Shown here: piece after piece, positions 11,621 to 25,900 of the stretch | Layout: each line of letters opens with the position of its first letter | Numbering within the stretch: position 1 is the stretch's first letter | Origin: Mytilus trossulus | Taxonomy: Eukaryota | DNA: 64,000 bases | Assembly: GCF_036588685.1 (NCBI RefSeq) | Contig: NC_086375.1 | Location: 68,076,001 to 68,140,000, forward strand | Direction: 5' to 3' | Made by a program: the position numbers and the translations under genes | Notes under the pieces: generated by a model | The model's input: the letters and a program-made list of their open reading frames with translations, nothing else | Database searches by the model: none | What the model was told of the DNA's origin: nothing

Positions 11621-14600
11621 ATGTAAAGCTTGTTTAACTTTACTTCATTTTTTGTTATCAAGACATAATTTTTTCTGACAAATGTTGATGGTTGGTGTGA
11701 TCTGTATTTCCCTATTTTTTGTTGTTGTGATTTTGTTATCCTTTTTATGTAAAACTATTTGTAGAATGTTTAGGATACAATGGCAATATGACAGAAGACA
11801 ACCAACCTGAGTATGTTTTATTTGTCATGATACACAAATATTGTAAATATAACATATTTATCTACATTGTCATTGCTATACACATAATAAAATTACTTAT
11901 ATTCGTTGTTTTTAAAAAAAATCTTTTTGTTTAGATTAAAAAATCCTTGCATCTGCAAAAAGGTATTAAGAAAAAAATAAACTAAATAAAAATAATTTAA
12001 TTGGGTTTGTGCCTGACATCTGCAATACAGTTATAAGATAGCCAGAAAACCAATCATACACCAAATACAATCATTCAAACTTTGTTGGCTGCAAAATAAA
12101 AAATATACGTCTGAAACTATCAAATTACTTGATATTAACTAAAATAGAATCCATGAACTATGAAATGATTGGTTCTTAATAAAAACTGTTAACCTATTTG
12201 CATCTTAATCATATGTAAAAGTATTAAGCCCTTAACAAATCGGTTATAGGCCAGTGGCTATGCAATTTTTTTTTAAGACTGAAAAGTTACAAAACCCTCT
12301 AGATTATTTGTTCAACTCTTATCAGAAACATCATAGTTAAAACTATACTTTGACTGCACTGATAGTTCTAAAATGTTTGTCCGTATCTTTCCCCAACATC
12401 CCTTTTAATAATTTTGCTGTCGAAAAATAATGAGAATCTAAATTGTATAACATCTTATTCTGACATTTATCATACAAAGGGGACAACTCGTAATATAGTC
12501 CAATAAAATTAAACATTCTTTTTTCTGGAACAGCAAAAAAAAATAATTGAATATTCATTGAAAAGGATAAACATATTACAAATAAAATCTGCAAGTAACC
12601 CTGTTTCAAAACATCAGTTCTCATAGAATTAACTCAAAACAACAAAACAATGAGCCATTCTTTCACAAATACAGCCATACAGACCAATCAAAAATATTTG
12701 CTTTAAAAGTGGAAATTATTCAACTTAAAATAACCCTGATATTGCTATTATATAGTCATGGTATACCAAAATTTAATGTTTGGTCTATATTTTCTAAATC
12801 AAATATGTAAAATAAATATCTTATAAAATGAGCAAAAATTAAGACTGGAATTAAATGAGGTTTAAAAACAGAATTAAATCACTATTTTAATAAAACTTTG
12901 GGACAAAGTTTGGAAATTAAAAAAAAATTATGTCTAACCATAAAAATATAAGTATTAAATATCATGGAATGTAATGAAAAGATTTTTTTTTAAATACCTC
13001 CATATTAGTTTTTCATTTCATTAAAATCTGTGTATTCTAAACATTTGCACAATATTGATTTAATATTTCAAATTATGTTATCCATTTCATTAAATGTGTA
13101 TATATGTATGATAAACAACTAAAACAACCTGATGTTAAAATGCAAAATATGTATATATATTGACTATAGTATTGCACTTAATATTATAAGATTATAAGAT
13201 ATACACTAATATACAAATTAATAATTAATCTACAATTTAAACAGCTATCTACAATTCATAATTACAAAAACATGAACATAATATAAATACTTAAACAAGA
13301 CAATAAAAAATAGCACTGCTGAAATGTTTTGGCATAACAAAAATATTTTAGTATACTAGCTGTAGCATACAGAGTGGTCAACCATGATAAGCTTTAATAA
13401 AATATAGAACAGGGAATAAATGTCTTAATTATTCCTATGCAGGACAAACTACCCTGTGAATTTATATATAACAAATTAAGCACCATATATATGAATATTT
13501 TTAACATTGATTAAACATGCATATGATGTCAAATTCCAAATTTTCCTTTTTATAAAATCCCATTTTGCAGTTAAAGGGAGATAATCCAGCCTTCCTTCTA
13601 CTCATGAAAAAATTGTCTACATAATAAATAGCTTTAGGTATGTAATTTTTCTTTTTGCATTATTGAAAAAATGTTTTAGTTGTTTCTTTTTATTAAGGCA
13701 TACAAATTACGTCAAACTGTATCAAATTGAATTGTATTGTGACATTGTCCATCATTGAAACATACAAAGCATACTGAAAAGCAATGCTTATAAAATTCAA
13801 GCAAAAATATAAAAAAAAACACAATGAAAAGGTAATTTAAACTAACTGATATATAACTTTAAAAAAAATCAGAATTAAAATTTAACTGCAACATATCAAT
13901 AAAAGTAAAAATCTGTGGTTTCACCTAAAAGCTTATATATACTATGACTTTTAAATTTTGCATAGATTTTAAACAGAACCCTGTTTCTGGGAGAAATAGT
14001 TCCAATAAGACCTTAAATAAATCATACATTGGATAGTTGAATATACAAAATATATATATGATAAAATTTGAGTATAAACAATTTCAAAATGTTTACTGTC
14101 ACAATCACTTGGCTAATCACCCTGACACAATTCATACTGGATAATTTTTTCTGCAAACATCTTCGAATACATTAGCTAAAAATGTTAATTTTTCCAGCTT
14201 TAGTATGTTAAAATCATTACAGAAGTGTTGTTCAACTTTAATAACCTTTGTTATGCAAATGTAAAAGAAACAAATATTTCTGTAATTAACATGACACACT
14301 TGTTTATAGGATATTATACAACACATTCTTCTGATCTTAAAAAAGTTCATCCTTTCATTTCAACTGTAATTTATTCTATGTCACATTTTAATTTGTTTAC
14401 AGAAAAACAATCACCAATAAAATTATAAATGGATGTTGAAATGAGGTAGAATTTCATGAGCATCACATTATAAGTTTAACATACATATTTACTAAAACAG
14501 ACAATGTACCATAGACACAGAATGATGGAACTTATTGTATGATGCAAGCAGATTTTCATATTCATTAATTGATAACTATATAAGTAGGTGAAATATAAAG

Positions 14601-14794
14601 GTGGGTATTTATAACGTTTTAAAACATCCAGCAGGAAAAGTCAGAAACAGACTTATAATTGTAAGTCCTATTTCAATACAGTAATATGCATATTTAGAAC
14701 AGCACCATAAGATTTTTCCAAAAATAAAAGGTTTTTACATGTATGCCCAAACTTTTTAACCAAAAATGACCAGTTCATGAGGTAATTAGTAAAA

Positions 14795-16986
14795 TCAACA
14801 GTCTGTGTCATCGTCATCATGTCCGGACGTGGAAACTGACACACGAATGTTTTCTTTATTTTCAATTTTTACCGCTGGAATAATATTATTGTCACTGTCA
14901 GTATTGAAAATTACATCTGTTAAATTATTGGGGAGTTTGATGGAATCCGGAGACAAACCGAGACCATTGTCCTTCCCGTTGGCAGTATATGGAGGTGGTG
15001 GCGTTGAACTACGACTTGATGATTCTGTCAAAGAATGTAATGACTGCAGTGATTCAGAATTGTCCGACAAATTTGCTAAATTTTCTCTTGCTCGAAAGAA
15101 ATTTGATTTTTTCATTCCTTTTTGTTCACTTTCATCTTCATTGATACTATCATTTGATGAAATGATATCTTCATTTATACTGGAATTAATGGTATCGCTA
15201 TCATCAATAACATTATGGTCTCGCCAATCTTTAACTGAATCATCCTGTGGAATATCAGAAAATGATCCTGACCTAACTAACCTTTTACCTGACCAATCTA
15301 ATGAATTGTCAGTAGAATCTTTCGTCACATTTCCTGTGAAAGAACCTGTTCTTGTCATTTGCAATGTATTTTCATACTGTTCTAAATTTCCAATTTTATC
15401 AAAACAAGACATTGTCCTCAAAACAGATGATGATTTTGAATCAACAGTAACTGTTCTCACTGATCCAGTAGTATAATCATCCCTCACTTCAAAAGCTATT
15501 CCCCTTTTTTGTGAATCCTTTTCTTGTTTTGATTTTTGGCTCATTTGAGTTTCTATATCATTTAATTCATTCATAGATATATCGTAGGACATACCACTGA
15601 TTGATTCTTTTGTATTCCTGCTAGGGTATGGTGTAGAAAACAAACTAGGGTTTGATGATGTCACATTAAAGTCAACTTCTGAGGTATTTTGTAATTTTGA
15701 TTCATTTTTTTCATCGCCAGAGCTTGAAAATGATGAACTGCTATTGGATGCTTTTATTACTGTATCATTACATACATCTGATCCTATACTTGAATTTTCA
15801 CCATTTTCGGTTGGGGAACCTTTAAATGCTATCAGATTTGATAATAACTGACCAGAAGAATCTTTCTTTGAATGCTCTGGAGTAATAAGTTCCTCATCAA
15901 CAATAGGTCTATTATCAGGAGTTGACGGTCTCAGAGTACTTTCCATATCTGATAAGCTGTAATCCACAAGTGTAAGACTACCGATATCAGGTGAGGACCT
16001 TGAGGTATCAGATTTTATAGTAATGTCCACATCACTGAATTCAATTTTGTCACTCAAGACTGAAGTATTTCTATCCTTAATTGCAGGTGTGATAATTTCC
16101 TCTGATACCTCATCTATATATACATAGGACTTTGGTTGTGATTCTGATAACTGTACGTCTGATTCGGTGAACACTTCCTGTACTTCAATATCTGGTGACT
16201 GTAATGAACTAACTCTTGGACTGATAGAAATGTCACTGGACGATACACTGCTACCACTAGACCGATTCTTTTTCCTCCTTTCTGGTTTGGTTGGAGCAGA
16301 TTTTGATTCTACAACAACTGTATCCAAGTCTAAAGAACCTACTGATTTAGGAGTTTCAGTGAAAGAAGTTTCAGCAGATGAAACAACAACTTTACTATTA
16401 TTTGAGTCATCATTTGGATCTTCATAACTTAGTCTCAACATATCTAGCTTATCTTGTTCATTCAGTTTATCAAACAAGTTTGCAGCAAAAGCTGTTGCAT
16501 TTGACGTGTCATGTTTTTCATTTCCGTCCACCATATCTACAGTGACTGATGGGATATTAGTTGGTTCCCTCTCTACTGTCACTACTGTTTCTTTGAAGAC
16601 CTCCTCACCATTTGTTAACTTTAAATCATTCTTACTTCCATTTTCTTGAATTGTCGGGAAAGCTTCCCCTTTACCAGAGAAAGATGGTGCCGCTGATGAC
16701 CTTTGATGATTTTCCTTCTTTTTTTCTGGCCTCATTTCACTAAAGCTCCTTTGAGGCATTAATGTAGAATCTTTCCTTATTTTCTTTAACGTATCCATTG
16801 ACTGACTTCTGTACAGAGGATGACTGAGAGTAGACGGAGACTCGCTGACACGACGGTCTTTACGTACAAGTTTCTCTTTTTGTAATGTGACTCTGACAGG
16901 GTAGGGTGAGGCATAACTAAGAATGGTAAGTGCATCTTCATACACCATGTTCTCAAAGGAAATGGTTACACTCAAAATACGATCCC
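14795..16986 (-). CDS. Gene 2 large terminal exon: PDZ C-terminal half plus about 690 aa acidic Ser-rich tail
   Basis: Lies within the 752-aa ORF 14795..17053; tttttcag acceptor at 16987-16989; ends HDDDDTDC*. Confidence 0.92.
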
Positions 16987-19900
16987 CTGAAAAATAAATT
17001 GTATACAAAATTAGAAATTTTATACACAAAGGAAAGAGACTCATTGAATGCAATGTTGCATGAATAACTTGATGTATATATGCTGAATTATTTCTCTATT
17101 TACAAATTATTTCCTTTGCTTTGTTTGTTTTCCTGTTAGTTAAGACAAATATGTTTATGTATCTTCTACCATCTAGGTGGTCTTGTAGAAGCCTGCATGC
17201 CTTAATAACAAGATAGTTGATGATTGGTTTGATCCCTAACCTGGTCCAACAAAAGACTTAAAACTTGGTATATGATGCTTTTTAACTAAGTATGCAACAT
17301 AAAGAATTGAGAGCCAAGACTGTTTAGCTAATTGTTAGAATAATGTGTCTTGGCAATGTAGGATGTCTTTTTGCAGACTGTTATCTTGTGAACTAACACA
17401 TTAAAATCCAAGTAAGCATTTTGCTGTTGCCTTACCAGACTCAAATTTAACACTCATAAGAAAAAAATATTAACATCATGCAGTATGGTACATTTGGATA
17501 AAGAACATAAAAATACAAAGAAGTACTGTGGATCTGTATGTGCTTATTTTAGTGTGTTTCTTAATACATCAACTAACTTTTTATCTCTTACATTTTTTTT
17601 TTTTATACTATGTAGATAACATTTGGAAAAAAATAAAACAAAATAATTAATTTCATATTCCATATCTTTCTGATAGATTTGCTCATGTAACATCAAGAGA
17701 CATACCAACTTTAAATTGTCCTGATTCTACAGCTGGTCCCCTGTTGTGAACCTGACTGACAAATATACCATCTCTCATGCTACCAGCTATATTAAATCCA
17801 AGACCTATGAAATCCTGACTCTGCAGCCATACACTGCTAACCTCTGGGTCCTGAAAATAGAAACAATACTATCTTGACCTTTTATTCTAAAATTTAGATT
17901 TTTGATGAAAACATATCTTTTCTGCATGGCCTTGTTTATCTGTGGTACCTGAAAGTATGATGATTCCATCTAGATTTATAACAAGAATGTGTCCCTAGTA
18001 CATGGAGGTATTGATTTGATACCTATAGAATTATATAGAAATGATTTACTTTTAAATGTTTTACATAATTTATTTAATAAGTGTTTTAAGGTGGTAGACC
18101 TAGGTTAAGGGTAATAACTCTTAAAATCATCAGTACGTTTGTGTCAGCCATTTTCATAAACATGTTCCAAGCTTCTAGGATACATAGATTATTTTCAATC
18201 TGTTTCAGGTAAATGCTTAAAATACATCAATAAAACTTGACTATTACAAACGCATCACTGAATTAAAGAGTTATCTCCCTGGACCAAGGTCTACCCCCTT
18301 AAATTTGGGAAAAATCCCCTTCATGTGGAGAAAAGGGATAATAACACCTATACCTAAGTGTTCTACAACAGACACTCGTGATCCTTTTTCATATCGGGGC
18401 ATTACATTGTCACCATGTAGCTATAAATTATTTTGTAGCATTTTAAATAATAGAATAGTATCTTGGTTAGAAACTAAAAATATTTTATACGATGAGCAAA
18501 ACGGATTTCGGGGGGGTAGAAGTACTATTGACCATTTGAGTACGCTAACATCGATTATTGAAACCAGAAAATTACGAAAATTATCTACGTTTACAGTGTC
18601 AGTAGATTTTAAAAAGGCATATGACACAGTTAATAGAAATTTATTGTTTAATGATCTTAATGATCTTGGTATAAGTAAACATTTTTTGTGTGTTATTAAA
18701 GCTATTAATTCTCAATTTGAATGTGCTATTAAATTAAATGGGCATATGACTGAATGGTTTAGTGTAAATTCAGGCCTAAAACAAGGCTGTGTTTTGTCGC
18801 CAATTTTATTCAATATTTTTATAAACAGCTTAGTTACAAATATTAAAGCATTAGATATTGGTATTGATATTGATGGTGAAAAAGTTGGCATTTTGTTATA
18901 TGCAGACGACATTGTACTGATTGCAGAGAATGAAAGCGATTTGCAATTACTCTTAGATGTTTTAAATATATGGTGTAAAAATAAGTTATTAAATGTTAAT
19001 CACGAGAAAACTAAAATTGTACACTTTAGAAATCCTTCTGTACAGCAGACAACAACAGTGTTTTTATTTAATGATAAGCAGATATGTATTGTACAAAGCT
19101 ATCAATATCTGGGTTTACTATTAACTGAATTTTTAAATTATGATGTAATGGCTAAAGCTGTAGCCAAATCAGCGAACAGGGCATTAAGTTTGATTATTGT
19201 AAAGAGTAAGGCCCATGGAGGTTTCCAGTACAGTACATTTAATAAATTATTTGATAGCCTGGTCTGGCCAGTAATAAGTTATGGTGCAGCCATTTGGGGC
19301 ACCAGAGATTTTTCATGTATAAATGCTGTCCAGAACAGAGCTATCTGGTCTTTTATGGGTGTGGGTAAATATACCCCAAACGATGCAATTCAAGGGGATA
19401 TGGGCTGGAGACCTCCAAGTGTTAAGCAGTGGACTTGTGTTTTTCGACACTGGGCTAGATGTAACATAATGTGCACAGATAGATTAAATTATAGAATTTT
19501 TAAATGGTGTTATAGAAATGCTCTTAATAAGAGAAGAAATTGGTGTTTTAGGATTATGTCTAAGTTTAAAGAATGTAATTTAGATTTGTATACTGATTTA
19601 AATAATGTACTGTGTAAACAAAATATTATGCAGATAGAAGAATTTTTACTTGATAAGTATATAGAAAATTTGCAAAATAGAATATTAACACAAGATGTTG
19701 GTAAAAAATTGCGGACTTATAAATTGTTTAAAGACAGTTATGGTAGTGAATTATATTTATCTAAAACATTATCTTATAGATATAGAAGTGCTTTTGCTAA
19801 ATTTAGATGCGGAGTAGTTCCGTTGAGAATTGAAACAGGGTGGAATGAAAATAAAAATGTAGACGAAAGAGTGTGTTTTATGTGTTTTATGTTTAATGAT

Positions 19901-22900
19901 AACATAGAAGACGAAAAACATGTAATACTATCATGTCCTTCATATGCACATTTGAGCTTTTGTTTATATAGCGAAGCTATGAAATATAATGTAGATTTTG
20001 ATGATTTGTCTGATGATGATAAATTTGTTTATTTATTTAAAAACATTAATTGTTATGATATGGTTGCCAAAACCTGTTTTGATATTTTAAGTAGAAGAAA
20101 TACCTTTTTATATTCTTAAAATGAAATGATTTTAATAATCGTATGTATTTTAACTAGTTTTATATAGAAATGGTTTTATAGTCTCTCATAATTCTTAATA
20201 GAATGGTACTTGTAATTTATATTTGTGTATTGTCTGTTTTATATTGTGTATATACTCTGTATGTACTGTATATTTATGTATTGCAAGTAGTGAGACTTTA
20301 ATAAAATATTGAATCTGAATCTGAATCTGGATGCCCAATCTGCACTATCATTTTCTATGTTCAGTGGACCGTGAAAATGAGGTAAAAACTCTAATTTGGC
20401 ATTAAAATTAGAAATATCATATCATAGGCAACATGTGTACTAAGTTTCAAGTTGATTGAACTTCAACTTCATCAAAAACTACCTGGACCAAAAACTTTAA
20501 CCTGAAGTGTGACAGATGGACAAATGAAAGTACAAACGAACAAACGGATGAATGAACGAAGGAACAAATGAACAGATGCACAGACCAAAAAACATAATGC
20601 CCATTAAAAGGGCATAAAAAGCATTTCATTGGCTTAAATTTCTAAATGTTTACCCCAACCAGTTAAACTATAACAAACTACTCTGATTTTTATAATCTAA
20701 TAGAACATTCAACAGCCTTCTCTATTCTACAAACAAGCAGGATACACTGCATAATGAATGAATTGGGTTTGCTGACAAATTTTCTTAAAGAAGCCATTCT
20801 TGGGAAGCCAAAGCAAGCAGATTTCTGAAACACATACCATCTGTCTCTTATCTTTGAACTTGCATTTTTTCTGTGAATAAAATATTTTTAATAAAAAAGA
20901 ACATGTTTTCCCTCTGAAGCAACAAATCTGTACATAGCTTGCCTTTTATTCCTTTATGAGAATAAATCTCATATTACAATCAAATTATCAAAAGTCAGTA
21001 TTCATTCCTAAACCTAAACACTAAGTATCTATTTAACAAACAGAGTATATTCAATTGTGACATACAGAGGAAAATATTGACAGTTGTCACCTAGGTTCTA
21101 CATTTATCAAATATGTATGAAATCAAATCGTTCATTAATTTTGAAGGCTTTCCTACTTTATTATTAGTGTTTACCCTATTTAAATTGTGAAGGACCTTTC
21201 AATACTGATAAAATTGAAGAGGTCTCCATTTATAGATGATATGTTATCAATGATTTCTTGTCTTTTTAGTAGGTAGTTGGAATTCCTGTGTGTGAATAAT
21301 CCTCTTTAAAAATTGGCCTACTGTTTGAAGTAGGTATTTAATTTGATATTTAAATAAAAGGGACATTATTCATATTGTCATATTTCATTCAAAAGATGGT
21401 TTATTCAGTAAAAGTGAACAGTGGAAATTGTAACAATAAATAGTTAGGCTGGTCCTTCAACTACTAAGGTTTAATCTAAATTTACTGCTATGCTATGCAT
21501 TAAAATCAGAATCTCTTAGCAAAATATCTATAGGTTCATTCAAGTATTAACAAATCTAGAATTACCAATATTTTCCTGAATACACTATGTTGCTAGATCT
21601 CTCAAAGGTAAACATGAGGCCTGAAAAATACTGTTATCAAGATCACTTACCACCTGGTAAAATTTTTAGGTCAGACCTGGTCTTTAAAGATCAGTAATAC
21701 TCCAAAAAATTATGTTAAGGATAATTGAATAATTTCAATGTTAGCAAAGAAAACATTTTAACTATGATCATTATGAATACAGTGATCTTAAAAGGGAGAT
21801 AACCAAAACTGATATTTGTTCCAATATATTGTAGATATCCTATAGGTATCTAAAATATTATACTAAGGCTTTTTCAATGTTACAGTCAGTACTAAAAGGT
21901 TCTACTCTGTAAACAGAACCTTAATAGTATGTTAATTAACACAAATACCATGCAAAAGGATCTGAGCTCAAAGAAAATCCTACAGTTGATTCCATGTATT
22001 ATATTTGTCAAAAACATCTCTTAGTATGCAATAGCTGTTTTATATAAATGGTCATGTATTTTTTTACCTTTTAAGTCTATAAAAATATATAAATTTCTAT
22101 AATGACCTCATAAATTAAATGTGAATTATGTTTGTTTGTTTGCATCATACGTATATATAATGACACATACTGTAGAGAGGAAGGTGTAAACAAGCTAAAT
22201 GATAAATATTGACTTAGAAACCTAATTTGTCCTGATCTATTTAATTTTTATTTGAAAATTACATAATGAGTCAATCTAACACATGAAAAACTTATATACA
22301 AATTAACTACAAGTTTATTTATTCTTTTTAAAGTCCATTGTTAACAACACTAAGAATGAGGGAATTATAATGGAAAATCTACATTTATGTACCAGCTTTA
22401 TAGGAATTACATCGTTTGAATTGCATTTTCCGTCTTTTTAAGCACTTTTTTCAATTGTCACTAACATACTTCAAAAATGCTCATCCGGATACAAAAGGCA
22501 TCAATTTAAACTGAAATATATATCCACCCTTCCTTTAAGAAAAAATATTTACATAATCAATGTAAGATCTACCTGAAAGAAGACCTTTTATGTCTGTTTA
22601 TCCTCTCTACAAAGAAAGTTGTTTTGTCTGCTTTACATATACGGTACACATATTTTTCAATACTGAAAACAGATCTGTGCATGCTTGCTTTTAGCAAGTT
22701 ATGTGTGGTGACCAGTCATGCTTTTTCATAGATTTAGCCAAAAGAAATAAGAATGAAAATGCTAATGTTAGTTATGATTAAAAGCAAATAACATGTGAAA
22801 ATTAGAAATTTGGACTGTCATTGTACTGTTTAAATCTTGTTTATTCTTAATTTTCAAACCAACTAGCAGAAACTTTTGCTAACTAGAATAAAATAATTTT

Positions 22901-25900
22901 ACATATAAAGAATGGAGTTTTCGCAATTGTTATACCTTTTTTCTCTCATTTTAACTAATGTAATGTGCTTAAATTTCAGTTGACTATTTGTATAAAATTT
23001 CTGTTATTAAAACCCCCCTTATTTTGTAATTACTTTTGAATTACTAATTCCACCATTTGTGTTCTACATGGAACAAATTAGGTTATGATTAAAATATTAA
23101 GCATGATGTTCTGTTCCAAAATAAAAGCAAAATTTAACTAAATCTAAAGAGATCTAAGTTATCCAAATTTAAAAAGGACATAACTAACGCCCAATTAGGG
23201 AATGTTCATTAATTCTATCCTCAATGTCATGTTTTACCATGACACTAATGTAGTAAAGTAGTCTACTGTTTTTTTGCAGAATTCATCATATTCTTTTGAT
23301 TTTTTTTCTTTTGTTGTGTTCATAAGCAATGTTTGTATTTCACACCTTAAGGTCATCTGATGCCAAATTAATATTTTTTAGATTGTTTCCACTATGCAAT
23401 GCCAGAAAAAAATACATTTTTGATGCAAAAGAAACCCAAGATGATGCTATCAACTCTAAAAAGACCTTTCAGAGCTGTTTGTGAGCTATTTTTTATATGA
23501 TTAATTTGTTGATGGCTGGGTGGTGCAGATTATTGCTGTGTTCAATTACTTCAATAGTGAGGTTTTTTTTTATGACCCTCCCGCTTTACAAAAATGGGAA
23601 GAAGATATTACGTTTTGCCTATACATTCCACTGTCTTTGTTATTTTGAAAAGTTTAGAATTGAGCAACAACAAATCAAAGTGGAATAATCTTTTGTCAGT
23701 TGATGTATCAAGTTGGCCAACAAAGGTCTAAATTAAGATAAAATGACCATGACCTTCATTTAATGCATGAATGACTTTGATCAAGTTATACATAATGCTG
23801 ATTCTCTATATCAAAATAAGTAATATGTTAACCAATTAATGCTTCCAATATGATGATTATCATATATAACAGGTATAAAGGGGGTTTACTATTTATCTCA
23901 ATGCTTCATTTGGTTAACATATTACATATCTTCAATGACACAAATTGCAATTTATTTATACATACACTTAAGAAGATAGGCAAATAGGCTTAAATCCTTT
24001 TTCAGATACTACATATTTTATTTTCATTTTAACTATCAAACCTTTGTCAGGATAAGTTTTAAATTTCAAGCAGAGATTTAAATCATTTGAACTTGTTAAA
24101 TTCTGACCAATGCTTTTGGGCTTTGGGCTATACATCTGTTGTTAAAATGGATAGTACCAGTACACTGGCTTATATCTAATTACAAAAGAGGTTTAAGTTC
24201 TGTATGGTATGTGCTTCCAGCGAAGATTTTAAACTCCCTCATTTATTTATCTAATTGCAAGACTTGTTTAATACTGAGGTTTTCTATTTTTGTAATTAAG
24301 TGCCTTTTTAAGGAGATAGTTGGGTTTTTTACGATGTTCAAAATTATTGGAGAAGAAAACAATGACTAGAGGCTTTGTCATAATCCTTTATTTCATCATA
24401 TTTCATTAAAGACAAGTGGTGTGTATACTACTAAATCAGATCATGAAGCCCTAAGCTGAACCAGTAAATCTTAGTACCACAGATTTAGTAAACAATATTA
24501 TGACTAATCTCTTCAGAATATCTTTTTAAGCAGATAAAGCTTTACACAATTTCTTTTGATTTTTTTGTATTTTGGACAAAAGTGAAGAAAACAGCAGCAC
24601 ATTGTTGCATTCCAGACACAACTTGACAACATTGATACTACTAACATTCAGGAAGTGTAAGAAATGTGCAACAAAAATGACCTATAATCGTATTTTTTGG
24701 GGGCATGTGTAATCTTTGTAACCATACATGAATGTTGTTGAACCCTATTCAAATATAGGCCATATTATTGAAAGTAAATCCCAGTAATCCTACAACACCA
24801 AAACTATGTATGTAGGATAAGGTATGAATTAAATATATACATATACTTAAGGCTTTCACTTAGTTTTCTGCCTCCTACATGTAAAGATATGTTTTAAAAG
24901 CTTGACTTTATGTGGTTTTCGACACTTATCTATTACGTTATTTCAAGTTTATGCATTACATGTTAAATATACTTTTGTTTTAAACTGCCTTAAAAAAATT
25001 AATTCAGCTGAATTTGAAACTTATTTACTTTTTTTCTAATATGACAGATGTCACATCCTTTCATGGAATTGTAATGCTTTTATAATATACACTAGAATGT
25101 ATAAAAGGAGACAAAAGATACCAATTTATGATTGAGAGAGAAACCCAAAAGACATAGGATTTTATTTCAAATATGATATATAAAGGCAAAGAGGTAACAA
25201 ACATTGAGTTGCATCACATTTTGTCATACCAAGGCCTCTATAGGTGACTATACAGTATGGGTTATGTAATCTCTTAAAGATTGGAAGGTGACCTATAGTT
25301 CCTTAAATCCAATCATTTGGACTCTGGTGATATTTATTTCATTGGCTCTTCTCTGGCCTGGCGTATTTTCTTCAGATAATCATGGTTTACCTACTATCCA
25401 CAGAACCATGATCACGTTGTTTGGAATAGTCCTAAATTATATGATCAAACTTATTCAATGAAAATGCATTAAAAAAATGATTTGACCTTGGAAGTTTTTA
25501 TGCTTAATAATTTGAATTACTATAAATACTGATACCAATTATTATTATCGAACTATTAATGTGACAGGACTAAAATTAAATTTTTTGACGGACCATTAAA
25601 ACACAATATACAAAATCGATCAGACATACTTAATCGCAAACCATCAATTAGAAGTAATAACAGGTTCAATATTGTCCAAAAGTTCATTGAATGAAGACTG
25701 TTTATTACCAATCCTTTAAACTATCAAATATTTAATGACAATACTGGTTTGTAGAAATCTCAGCACATTAAGTGTTTAGGTAGAAAATTTGTAAAAACAA
25801 ATTGATGGGTTACATGAGTTCAATATTACAATTGTTGATCATGCATGTAAAATCTACCATTTTATGTCTGCCTGTAAGGGGAAATTTGAAGATGTTATCG

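Larger units (their letters stand above)
17980..20620 (+). mobile_element. HINE/Helentron-type element split by a LINE insertion (pieces 17980-18006 and 20328-20620)
   Basis: aacaagaatgtgtccctagtacatgga continues as tgcccaatctgcactatc...; (ggac/gaac)n microsatellite; 3' hairpin atgcccattaaaagggcat and A-run. Confidence 0.7.

Noticed and set aside
5414-14795. Functional linkage or antisense overlap between the two convergent genes (both touch ubiquitin-related motifs)
   Set aside because: The stops are 9.4 kb apart with repeats in between, and adjacency in an animal genome is not evidence of a shared pathway.
14805-16427. Plus-strand ORFs of 223 aa and 86 aa
   Set aside because: Antisense shadows of the Ser/Asp-rich coding exon on the minus strand.
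16987-17053. N-terminal extension MHSMSLFPLCIKFLILYTIYFS of the 752-aa ORF, resembling a signal peptide
   Set aside because: It is intron sequence ending in a tttttcag acceptor; the PDZ continues from the 17706-17850 exon.
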